This document shows, in pieces, positions 27,281 to 39,056 of a DNA stretch of 64,000 nucleotides. The stretch spans positions 18,647-82,646 of the forward strand of contig CAZUOM010000005.1 of the NCBI GenBank assembly GCA_964621305.1, in the 5' to 3' direction. Every line of letters starts with the position of its first letter. The stretch's first letter is position 1. Made by a program: the position numbers and the translations under genes. This DNA comes from an uncultured Gammaproteobacteria bacterium. GTDB lineage: Bacteria > Patescibacteriota > Microgenomatia > UBA10105 > UBA927. The notes beneath the pieces were generated by a model, which saw nothing but the letters and a program-made list of their open reading frames with translations, was not told the DNA's origin and did no database searches.

Positions 27281-30200
27281 AGGCCTCCTTCCGCTGTTGA
27301 ACCCGATAATACCACTCCAGTGGTTTCACAGGAACTGACGCAATAGCAAAGCGTGACGTTGCCAAAATAAAATAAGTCGCCGTTTGCGTTGAGGTAAAAA
27401 CGGGAATACCGGCATCGATTGCGACTCGACGCATACGATAGCCTTCTGTCTCGACATGATATCCATTAACATTGTCTGGCTTCTCTTGTCTCGGTACAAT
27501 TACTGCAAAATCGATCGCTTTTTGCTCTAATAAATCCAAGACGTTGGGACGACGATCCGTTACTTTTCCAATCCTGGTTGCGTCTATTCCATTTTCTCTG
27601 AGAAAAAGCGAAGTTGCGTCTGTTGCATATATCCTAAATCCTTTGGAAGCCAGCTTCTGGCAGCCATATAATAATTGAAGTTTATTTCGGCTCCCTCCGA
27701 GACTAATCAGTACTGCTTTTTTAGTAGGAAATGCCACGCCAGTAGAAAGAATTGCTTTAAAATAGGCCTCAAGTGGATCAAGTCCAAAGGAAGCAACCTC
27801 GCCGGTTGAGCGCATCTCAACGGCCAGTATCGGATCGGAACCTCGCAGCTTATGGAATGAAAACTGCGGTACTTTGACACCAACAAACGGCTGCTGATTA
27901 ATCGAGTTTTTAGGTGTAGGAAGGTCAAGGATGACCTTTGTGGCTAGTTCAATGAAGTTATCGCCGCTAGTTTTACTCACAAATGGCATGCTTCGGGAAG
28001 CTCGCAAATTACACTCGATCACGTATGTCAAATCTTGTCCGATTATAAACTGAATATTAAACGGGCCGTGTATATGAAGGCTAGCAGATATTAGTTTTGT
28101 TGCTCTTTCTATAACGCGCCTAGAATCTGCCTCAATCGAAGTTATAGGATACTGAATAGTTGAATCGCCAGAGTGAACACCAGCCGGCTCCACGTGCTCA
28201 GAGATGGCAAGCGCTATAACCTTGCCATTTCTGGAAACTCCGTCAACATCACATTCGCGGCAAGCATCAAGATATTCAGTCATAACCATTGGGTAGGTTT
28301 TCGACACCTCAATCTGATTTTTCAGGTATAAAGCTAGTTCCTGGTCACTGGCGACTACCTTCATAGCTTTACCTGAAAGAACGAAGGAGGGTCGAAGTAT
28401 CACTGGGTAACTTATGCGTCTGGCTTCTGAACGAGCCTGCTTTATACTCGCTACGCTGGCCCACTTAGGTTGGGCGATCTTTAACTTATCTAAGAGTAAA
28501 CTAAAAGTCCGTCTATCTTCAGCCCTCCTGACATCAACCGATTGGGTCCCTAAAATCGGCACACCGTAGTCGGACAAGCCGCGTGTCAAATTATTGGGTA
28601 TTTGTCCGCCAACCGCACAGACAAACGGAGCTTTTTCAATATCATATATATCTAGCACCCGCTCTAAGGTTAGCTCTTCAAAGTATAGCTTGTCAGAATA
28701 GTCATAGTCCGTTGAGACGGTTTCGGGATTGCAGTTGACCATAATCGTCCCAAAGCCACGATCGCGAAGCGTTTTTATGGTATTGACAGCGCACCAATCA
28801 AATTCTACCGACGTTCCAATGGCGTATGGACCGGCTCCAACTACCACGATCTGTTTTTCTTTATGAAGGGGAATCTCGTCACTGGTTTTGGCGTGATAGG
28901 TGAGATAGAGGTAATTGGTTTGGGCTGGAAACTCTCCAGCTAGGGTATCGATTCGCTTAACATATGGGACAATTCCTGCTCGTTTTCTTTTTACTCTTAT
29001 GCTATCAGCGTTGGTTTTACGAAGGAGGGCTATTTGCTCATCGCAAAACCCATATTGCTTGGCTATTTTCAGAAGTTTTGCTTTAAGTCTCTTGGCATTT
29101 TTGAGCACTTTATAGACACCAACAATGCTAGCAAACTCACTTATATACCAACGGTCAATTTTAGTGATTTTGCTGATTTTATCAATAGAAATCCCCGCTC
29201 GTAGGGACGAACAAATGCTAAATAAACGCATAGAATCGGGTACTTTAAGTTTCTTTTGCAATTCCTGTTTTGACAGTTTCCCGAAACGCGAATCGATAAC
29301 ACCGATAAATCCGTCGTTAAGCATCCGAGCAGCCTTTTGGATCGCCTCGGGAAATGTCCGTCCGATACTCATAACTTCACCAACGCTCTTCATTTCGCTA
29401 CCGATTTCGGTTTTGACTCCCCAAAACTTATCCAGATCCCACCGGGGAATTTTAACTACAATATAGTCCAAACTTGGCTCAAAAAAGGCCGAGGTGACAC
29501 CAGTTATGTTATTTATAAGATCGGGTAATTTCTTACCTAAAGCCAGTTTGGCAGCAATGTAGGCCAGGGGATACCCGGTGGCCTTGGATGCCAGTGCCGA
29601 TGAGCGAGAAAGTCGAGCGTTGACTTCGATGATACGGATATCGTCGTGCTTAGGGTGAATAGCAAATTGTATGTTACACTCACCAATGACTCCAAGATTA
29701 CGGATAACATCTATCGATATCTGACGCAGCCGATAATATACCTTATCGTTAAGCGTCTGGGAGGGTGCAACCACAATCGATTCTCCAGTATGGACACCAA
29801 CTGGATCCATGTTTTCCATATTACAAACGGTAATACAATTATCTTTTCCGTCGCGCACCACCTCATACTCCACCTCTTTCCAACCCCATAAGCTTTCTTC
29901 AAGGTACACTTGAGAACTCGTTGCCAAGGCAAAACTAAGGATTTTAGTTAGTTCGATGCTGTTTCTTGCAATGCCGCTTCCCGTTCCTCCTAAAGCAAAC
30001 CCGGACCGAACCATGACGGGGTAACCGATACGTTTAGCAACTGTTAGTCCCATGCCTGTAGTAGTCACCGTTTGACCTTTTGCCGTGGCAATACCAATTC
30101 TGGCCAGGCGCTTGGCGAACCGATGACGATCTTCTGTTGTCAGAATTGCTTCAATTGGTGTTCCCAGAATGGCAACATGATGTTTTTCCAGGATGCCGCT

Positions 30201-30494
30201 AGTCTGAAGAGCTAGGCCGCAATTTAACGCCGTCTGGCCGCCAAAAGACAGTAGTATGCCGTCAGGTTTCTCTTTTTCGATGACGCGACTGACAAATTCT
30301 AGCGTTATGGGCACAAAATAGACCCGGTCGGCGAACCCCTGAGAAGTCTGAATGGTGGCAACATTTGGGTTTACCAAAACAACTTTACAGCCTTCTTCTT
30401 TGAGCGCTTTAATAGCCTGTGTTCCAGAGTAGTCAAATTCACCAGCTTCTCCGATTTTCAAGGCACCGGATCCGAGCAACAGAACTTTTTTCAT
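27273..30494 (-). CDS. carB: carbamoyl-phosphate synthase large subunit
   Basis: 1073 aa; duplicated ATP-grasp halves, N-terminus KVLLLGSGALKIGEAGEFDYSGTQA. Confidence 0.95.
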   Translation of the reverse strand: MKKVLLLGSGALKIGEAGEFDYSGTQAIKALKEEGCKVVLVNPNVATIQTSQGFADRVYFVPITLEFVSRVIEKEKPDGILLSFGGQTALNCGLALQTSGILEKHHVAILGTPIEAILTTEDRHRFAKRLARIGIATAKGQTVTTTGMGLTVAKRIGYPVMVRSGFALGGTGSGIARNSIELTKILSFALATSSQVYLEESLWGWKEVEYEVVRDGKDNCITVCNMENMDPVGVHTGESIVVAPSQTLNDKVYYRLRQISIDVIRNLGVIGECNIQFAIHPKHDDIRIIEVNARLSRSSALASKATGYPLAYIAAKLALGKKLPDLINNITGVTSAFFEPSLDYIVVKIPRWDLDKFWGVKTEIGSEMKSVGEVMSIGRTFPEAIQKAARMLNDGFIGVIDSRFGKLSKQELQKKLKVPDSMRLFSICSSLRAGISIDKISKITKIDRWYISEFASIVGVYKVLKNAKRLKAKLLKIAKQYGFCDEQIALLRKTNADSIRVKRKRAGIVPYVKRIDTLAGEFPAQTNYLYLTYHAKTSDEIPLHKEKQIVVVGAGPYAIGTSVEFDWCAVNTIKTLRDRGFGTIMVNCNPETVSTDYDYSDKLYFEELTLERVLDIYDIEKAPFVCAVGGQIPNNLTRGLSDYGVPILGTQSVDVRRAEDRRTFSLLLDKLKIAQPKWASVASIKQARSEARRISYPVILRPSFVLSGKAMKVVASDQELALYLKNQIEVSKTYPMVMTEYLDACRECDVDGVSRNGKVIALAISEHVEPAGVHSGDSTIQYPITSIEADSRRVIERATKLISASLHIHGPFNIQFIIGQDLTYVIECNLRASRSMPFVSKTSGDNFIELATKVILDLPTPKNSINQQPFVGVKVPQFSFHKLRGSDPILAVEMRSTGEVASFGLDPLEAYFKAILSTGVAFPTKKAVLISLGGSRNKLQLLYGCQKLASKGFRIYATDATSLFLRENGIDATRIGKVTDRRPNVLDLLEQKAIDFAVIVPRQEKPDNVNGYHVETEGYRMRRVAIDAGIPVFTSTQTATYFILATSRFAIASVPVKPLEWYYRVQQRKEAYG

Positions 30495-31546
30495 AAAAGA
30501 TCAAATATCCACTCTGTGTCATGTGGACCGGGGTTTCCTTCCGGGTGAAACTGGCTCGTCCATATGCGCCGTTTTTCGTCAATCAGGCCTTCGTTAGTTT
30601 GGTCATTTAAGTTAATAAACCACTCGCCAATTCCTCTAGGCAACGATTCCCGTCTCACCGCGTACCCATGATTTTGACTGGTCACGTATGCCTTACCAGT
30701 TCGACTATCGCCCACTGGCTGATTTATCCCGCGATGACCGTAAGGCATTTTATAGGTGTCGGCTCCGAGTGAAAGTGCCAAAAGTTGATGCCCAAGGCAG
30801 ACACCGATAAACGGTATACCAGCATCAACAACACGTCTGATATTTTGTATCGTTTCCTGACAAGTTTTCGGATCGCCAGGACCATTGGAACAGAGAACAG
30901 TATCAATGTCTGAAATGACAAGCGGGTCACTATTCCAAGGAATCCGAGTCACCGTAAACCCACGGGATAAAAGCGCACGAAGAATGCCGTGTTTGACTCC
31001 GCAATCGATGAGCACAACGTGTTTAGTTCGCGAATTTTTGGACCGATATACCTGTACATCTGTGCAGCTCGTCTCGCTAACTAAATGATTTGAATCTTTT
31101 TCAAACAGAACCTTGGAACTTGCACTAATTTTTCCTAGAAGCGTTCCATATTCTCTAAGTTTAAGTGTTAATTTGCGCGTATCGATACCAGAAATTCCGG
31201 GAATTTTTTGTGAGAAGAGAAATTTGGAAAATGTTGTTTTTGATAGATAGTGTGAGGGAGTGTCGCAACTTTGGGCAACCACTACGCCCCGGACCCAAAT
31301 CCGCTGAGATTCAAAATTTTGTACAATATCTCCTACCAATTTTCTGGGTGATGGAATGCCGTAATTGCCGATCAACGGAAAGGTGAAAACCAAAATTTGA
31401 CCGTTGTATGAGGGATCTGTCAGGCTCTGAGGATAGCCTACCATGGCTGTTGAGAATACAACCTCACCGTTAGCTTGGCCTGGATAGCCGATAGCTTCTC
31501 CTTCAATTCGCGTGCCATCCTCAAGATGTAGGTATGTGCGTCCCAT
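30491..31546 (-). CDS. carA: carbamoyl-phosphate synthase small subunit (glutamine amidotransferase)
   Basis: 351 aa; class-I GATase catalytic loop GVCLGHQLLALSLGA; start/stop overlap with carB. Confidence 0.9.
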   Translation of the reverse strand: MGRTYLHLEDGTRIEGEAIGYPGQANGEVVFSTAMVGYPQSLTDPSYNGQILVFTFPLIGNYGIPSPRKLVGDIVQNFESQRIWVRGVVVAQSCDTPSHYLSKTTFSKFLFSQKIPGISGIDTRKLTLKLREYGTLLGKISASSKVLFEKDSNHLVSETSCTDVQVYRSKNSRTKHVVLIDCGVKHGILRALLSRGFTVTRIPWNSDPLVISDIDTVLCSNGPGDPKTCQETIQNIRRVVDAGIPFIGVCLGHQLLALSLGADTYKMPYGHRGINQPVGDSRTGKAYVTSQNHGYAVRRESLPRGIGEWFINLNDQTNEGLIDEKRRIWTSQFHPEGNPGPHDTEWIFDLL

Positions 31547-31572
31547 AAAAAAAGAGAGCCACTGCGGCTCTC
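31547..31572 (-). terminator. rho-independent terminator (minus strand), T-tract abuts the carA start codon
   Basis: minus-strand RNA GAGAGCCGCAGUGGCUCUC followed by UUUUUUU then AUG of carA. Confidence 0.6.
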
Positions 31573-31610
31573 AATGAGATACAACTCTATGCTGATTTCG
31601 TTTTTTTCCT

Positions 31611-31672
31611 AAAAAAAAACCCAGGGTATTCATCTCTGTGGGCTTGCCCGGCGTCAGACAGGCTCCTGGGGT
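31611..31672 (-). terminator. second, upstream rho-independent terminator (minus strand) downstream of the CBS/atp operon
   Basis: minus-strand RNA CCCCAGGAGCC...GGGUAUUCAUC...CCCUGGG structured hairpin followed by a run of nine U. Confidence 0.45.
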
Positions 31673-31701
31673 TCTAGTCTATCGACCAGCACCGGGATCT
31701 G

Positions 31702-32235
31702 TCAAGAGACAAAGTCAGATTTTTTCTTCTTTTTTGATGCGAGGTGGCGACGAAGCGATGATCCTCTTTTTTTTGAAAACCCCGGCAGCCGTAAGTGTTT
31801 TTTAAATAGCGTGTCGAAAATATCGCCTTTGGATATGACGCCAAGGAGCACATTCTGTTCGGATAATACCGGCAATTGTTGGACGTCTCGCACGATCATG
31901 CGGGAGAGCGCTCGAAGAATTGGGGTCTCAGAACGGGTAAATATCACGCGGCGATTCATCACGTGCTCTGCGCGCAGCTTAACTAAATCGTGAATTTTTT
32001 CCTCCATATCTTCAAAATCTGTTGCGGAAATAAAATCTTCAACAAGATGCTGGTAATCCGGGTACAGCGGCTTGAGAAGATCTTCTTCTGTAACGATACC
32101 TATTATCTTTTTCTTGGCATCAAGAACGGGTAGGGCATGGATTTTATGCTTGAAGATAGACTTCCATAAATCCCTAAAAGTCGTCTTAGGCTTGACCGCA
32201 ATAATGTCAATACTCATGATCTGGTGGACTTTCAT
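31702..32235 (-). CDS. CBS-domain pair protein with lysine-rich C-terminal tail
   Basis: 177 aa; two CBS motifs (IIAVKPKTTFRDL..., ILRALSRMIVRDVQQLPVL...); last gene of the atp transcription unit. Confidence 0.75.
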   Translation of the reverse strand: MKVHQIMSIDIIAVKPKTTFRDLWKSIFKHKIHALPVLDAKKKIIGIVTEEDLLKPLYPDYQHLVEDFISATDFEDMEEKIHDLVKLRAEHVMNRRVIFTRSETPILRALSRMIVRDVQQLPVLSEQNVLLGVISKGDIFDTLFKKHLRLPGFSKKRGSSLRRHLASKKKKKSDFVS

Positions 32236-32238
32236 ATG

Positions 32239-34939
<2,701 letters not shown>

Positions 34940-36403
34940 CTGCTTTTTTCAACTGCTCTTCAATTTCAGGCGTAATTGCGCGCTCCTTGGCGATTAAACT
35001 GATGAGTTTAGTGTGTTTTGTTTCCAGAAACGACAGGTACGCCTCGCTAAATTGCGTCACGTTGGCAACAGCAATGTCGTCAAGGTAACCATTGACTCCT
35101 GCCCAAATCAACGCAACCTGTTTTTCAACAGGCATGGGGACAAATTGACCTTGCTTGAGAAGTTCGGTCATCCTGCTGCCGCGGTCGATCTGGCTTCTGG
35201 TGGCTTCATCCAGATCCGATGCGAACTGGGCAAAGGCTGCTAGTTCCCGGTATTGAGCCAAATCTAGTCTCAGACTCCCAGCTACCTTTTTCATGGCTTT
35301 GTTCTGTGCAGCTCCTCCGACGCGCGAGACCGAAAGACCAACGTTAATGGCCGGCCGCTGCCCTGCGTAAAAAAGGTCAGACTCCAGATACAACTGGCCG
35401 TCAGTTATAGAAATGACATTAGTCGGGACGTAGGCGGAAACATCATTGGCTAGCGTTTCAATGATGGGAAGAGCGGTAATCGAGCCGCCACCATGAGCCT
35501 CATCAAGCCTGCAGGCCCGTTCCAAGAGCCTGCTGTGTAGGTAAAATACGTCCCCGGGATAGGCCTCACGTCCGGAGGGACGACGCAAAACAAGAGAAAT
35601 TTGTCTGTAAGCCCAAGCGTGTTTGGATAAATCATCGTAAACAATGAGGACGTCGCGGCCTTTATCCATAAAGTATTCAGCTAAAGCGCATCCGGCGTAT
35701 GGAGCCAAATACTGGAGAGCCGCCGGGTCGCTGGCAGAGGCAGCAACTACTATCGTGTGAGCCATGGCCTTGAATCGATTAAGAGCTGCTACTGTTTGAG
35801 CAATGCGCGCTGTCTTTTGCCCAATTGCTACATAAACGCAGATGACGTTTTCCTTTTTCTGATTTATGATCGTGTCAATAACAATTGCAGTTTTTCCTGT
35901 ATTTCTGTCGCCAATAATTAACTCCCTTTGTCCGCGGCCGATTGGAATCATCGCGTCAATTGCTTTTATTCCGGTTTGAAGCGGGCTATTAACAGGTTGA
36001 CGCACCGTAACGCCAGGAGCTACTTTTTCCATCGGGTATCGACTGACACTCTTAATCTCTCTTTTCCCATCAACCGGATTTCCAAGCGGATCTATTACCC
36101 TGCCTAAAAAACCCTCGCCTACAGGAACAGATAAAAGACTATCGACAGCCTCAACTGTATCTCCTTCAGAAAGCGCTAGCCAGTCGCCCAAAACGATTGC
36201 ACCGATTGAGTCTTCTTCTAAATTTACAGCAACGGCAGCTACCCCACCTTTACATCGCAAAAGTTCCATGTAGGCAACTTTTGGCAATCCCGATATTTTA
36301 ATAACTCCGTCGCCAGCGGCTGTAATGCAACCGACCCGCTGGGTCCTTACAGTAGGCTCAATAGCCTCAAGGCGTTTGGTAAGTTCTTTGGCAATGTTTT
36401 TGG

Positions 36404-36769
36404 TCAAGAGAGCATCCATGTCATTTCTGAGAGAAGCTTTTTGCTGCTGGTATCAATTAAGATATCTCCCATCCGAATTTTTAAGCCGGAAAGAAGATCA
36501 GTTTTTTCTCTATATGTTACGCTGACTTGACCGCCAGATACTTTAGCCAAAAGCGAAGAAAGTTTTCGTTGCTCCTCGCTAGTAAGTGAAACTGCGGATT
36601 CAACAATAGCGTTTTGCCTACCACTAGCTGCCATACTCATCTTATGAAAAAGCGCTCCAATCTTTTTTGTGAGTAACTCCCCGGCACCCTCGCGGACGAG
36701 GCGTTTGGTTACTTCATTTACAAATGTTTTTGTGTCGTTTCGTGTGATACTCATGAGGTTTTTACCCAA
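36404..36769 (-). CDS. atpH: F1Fo ATP synthase delta subunit (OSCP), N-terminally truncated relative to the canonical ~180 aa
   Basis: 121 aa; C-terminal [55 protein letters not shown] matches the conserved OSCP C-domain; position between atpF and atpA. Confidence 0.6.
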   Translation of the reverse strand: MGKNLMSITRNDTKTFVNEVTKRLVREGAGELLTKKIGALFHKMSMAASGRQNAIVESAVSLTSEEQRKLSSLLAKVSGGQVSVTYREKTDLLSGLKIRMGDILIDTSSKKLLSEMTWMLS

Positions 36770-37250
36770 GTAGATAATTCTCTCAATTGCCGGCTGATAA
36801 TTTTGTGTCGTTCTGATGCGGACATACCTGCCAAGATTCTGCCAGCCATTTCTGCTGCAAGTTTGACGGATTCTTTACGGATTTCATCTGCTAAACTGTC
36901 ATGGATTCTCTTGGCATCGGCTTTTCCTTTTTCAACGATTTCAGTGGCTTCTCTTTGCGCAGCTGCCGTGATTTCTAGCTCTCGCTCTTTTCCGGCTACT
37001 TTTGCTTCCTCTAAGATGCGCCTGCCCTCTGCGCGCGCTTCGTCGAGAATCTTCTCTCGTTTGATCTTAAGCTTTTCCTCTTCTTCGCGTAGTTTATCAG
37101 TAAGAGCCAAGCCTTCTTCGATTTCTTTCCGGCGTTTTTCAAGCATGCTTGTAATCGGCTTATACAAAAGCTTGGTCAAAACCACTACCATTATGGCAAA
37201 ATTAATTGCCTGCAACAGGAGTTGTGTTGGTTGAATGCCTAACTTCTCCA

Positions 37251-37251
<1 letters not shown>
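36751..37251 (-). CDS. atpF: F1Fo ATP synthase b subunit
   Basis: 166 aa; single N-terminal TM helix followed by a long charged coiled coil (EKRRKEIEEGLALTDKLREEEEKLK). Confidence 0.75.
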
Positions 37252-37493
<242 letters not shown>

Positions 37494-37502
37494 TCACCTC
37501 CT

Positions 37503-38234
37503 TCAGTGCTCTTTATGCATTGCCAAGAGCAAAAACACTGCTGTCAACATCGAAAATACCAAAGCCTGGATAAATCCTACAAACAATTCTAACCCGAGAA
37601 ACGGAATCGGCGCAATGAGAGGAATCAGAAACGCGATAACCGTAAGGAGCACCTCTCCGGCAAAAACATTGCCGAAGAGACGAAACGCGAATGAGATTAT
37701 CCTGGAAAACTCACTAACTAGCTCCAAAACGCCGACAAAAAAACCCATTGGACTTTTGAAGTTAAAAAATTTGCCCAAATACGTCAACCCGTGGCTTCTG
37801 AGCCCCGTCCATTGAACGACCACTATGACAATAACAGCCAAGGCAATCGTCATGTTGAGGTCTGCCGTGCCGGAGCGAAATAAAGGGATAAATGCTTCGT
37901 GGCCGTCTTTGACTTCATTAAATCCAATAGTTCCCACGCCAGGAACTAGCCCGGCCCAGTTGAGGGAGGCGATAAATAAAAATAGAGTAGCCAGAAGAGG
38001 AAAAAATTGTTTAGTTTTTTCGTGGAGGACGCTTCTAAAAAGCGACTCAATGCCGCCTACTAATATTTCTGCGACCGACTGACCACCACCTGGAACCAAA
38101 GATAGTCTACGGGTGGCGGCAATGGCTAGAAGAGTTACAAGAGCCATTACAAACCAGGTTGTCAGAATAGAGTTGGTTATGGCAAACCCTCCGACAGAGA
38201 AAATAGTCTCGGCAGCAAGCGAAATATGAAGCAT
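37503..38234 (-). CDS. atpB: F1Fo ATP synthase a subunit
   Basis: 243 aa; conserved arginine helix FAFRLFGNVFAGEVLL. Confidence 0.9.
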   Translation of the reverse strand: MLHISLAAETIFSVGGFAITNSILTTWFVMALVTLLAIAATRRLSLVPGGGQSVAEILVGGIESLFRSVLHEKTKQFFPLLATLFLFIASLNWAGLVPGVGTIGFNEVKDGHEAFIPLFRSGTADLNMTIALAVIVIVVVQWTGLRSHGLTYLGKFFNFKSPMGFFVGVLELVSEFSRIISFAFRLFGNVFAGEVLLTVIAFLIPLIAPIPFLGLELFVGFIQALVFSMLTAVFLLLAMHKEH

Positions 38235-38246
38235 GAGTTCAAATAA

Positions 38247-38468
38247 CTAATCCAAATCCTTTATAATAGTATACAAACTTACAACAGAAATCGCTAGCCC
38301 CAAGAGCAGCAATACGAGCGTTACCTTCGGCGAAGTTCCCAAAGCACTATCAATCAGGCTCCCGATAAAGGCTCCAGCCACCAACGGCACAACAACCGCA
38401 TACCCCAGACTTCCGATAAGCCCCCACCCGATCCATTGTTTCATATTATCAAATTTTGGTTTAACCAT
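38247..38468 (-). CDS. small membrane protein of the ATP-synthase operon (AtpZ/AtpI-like)
   Basis: 73 aa; two TM helices; immediately upstream of atpB. Confidence 0.5.
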   Translation of the reverse strand: MVKPKFDNMKQWIGWGLIGSLGYAVVVPLVAGAFIGSLIDSALGTSPKVTLVLLLLGLAISVVSLYTIIKDLD

Positions 38469-38567
38469 GAAAGTATTTTACTTCTTACTGAAGGGAGAGT
38501 AAATGAAAAATAAGCAAAAATAAGCAAAAACCTCCTAGATTGACAATAGAATTTTTACGAGCTAAAT

Positions 38568-39056
38568 TTGGTAATAATGAAAAAGACAACTGCGTTAATT
38601 ATTAGAGATGAACTTAAAAAAGCCAAACTTACCGGCCTTCCTAAAAAATTTGATGGTTTATCCAAAAGAGTCGATGGTTTATCCAAAAGAGTCGATGGTT
38701 TATCCAAAAGAGTCGATGGTTTGTCCAAAAGAGTCGATGGTTTGTCCAAAAGATTTGATGGTTTATCCAAAAGAGTCGATGGTTTGTCGAAAAGAGTCGA
38801 TGACATATCGAATCGAATGGACCAAGTAAACGACGCCGCTCGAATCATTCAGGAAAACGAGCAGAACCTGAAGGACTTAGGCGGACTCAAACGCCGACTC
38901 GACGTCTTGGACAAAATATTTGTTAGGGTCGACAAAATTGCCGGTGAAGTGACTAAATATCGAGAGGAGCAAGAACTCAACAGTAAAGCGCTATCCAATC
39001 ATGACTACCGCCTGGAACGAATTGAAAAACACCTCAACTTGGCTGTAACCAGCTAG
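38568..39056 (+). CDS. coiled-coil protein built around eight tandem heptad repeats (VDGLSKR)
   Basis: 162 aa; only plus-strand gene in the region; internal 21-bp x8 tandem DNA repeat; charged helical N- and C-terminal flanks; stop overlaps dnaE stop convergently. Confidence 0.5.
   Translation: MVIMKKTTALIIRDELKKAKLTGLPKKFDGLSKRVDGLSKRVDGLSKRVDGLSKRVDGLSKRFDGLSKRVDGLSKRVDDISNRMDQVNDAARIIQENEQNLKDLGGLKRRLDVLDKIFVRVDKIAGEVTKYREEQELNSKALSNHDYRLERIEKHLNLAVTS
38646..38813. repeat. 21-bp tandem repeat x8 (consensus gtcgatggtttRtccaaaaga)
   Basis: directly visible; in-frame (21 = 7 codons) within the 38568..39056 ORF; units differ at 1-2 positions. Confidence 0.9.

Noticed and set aside
31618-31680. 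Possible small structured ncRNA or riboswitch in the CBS-carA spacer
   Set aside because: The structure is followed by a U9 run on the minus strand and sits immediately after a stop codon, which is most simply an intrinsic terminator. It shows no similarity to riboswitch consensus cores that I can recognise.
38646-38813. Possible CRISPR array (regular short repeats)
   Set aside because: The units are directly tandem with no spacers, are 21 bp (in-frame heptads), and are inside an ORF. The 7-bp (ttgaaat) run at 48417..48452 is likewise spacer-less. No cas genes are present.
38555-38848. 97-aa minus-strand ORF with PSTLLDK repeats
   Set aside because: It is the antisense mirror of the 21-bp tandem repeat. 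The plus-strand ORF is longer, has non-repeat helical termini and a heptad periodicity that makes structural sense, so the minus ORF is treated as a repeat shadow.
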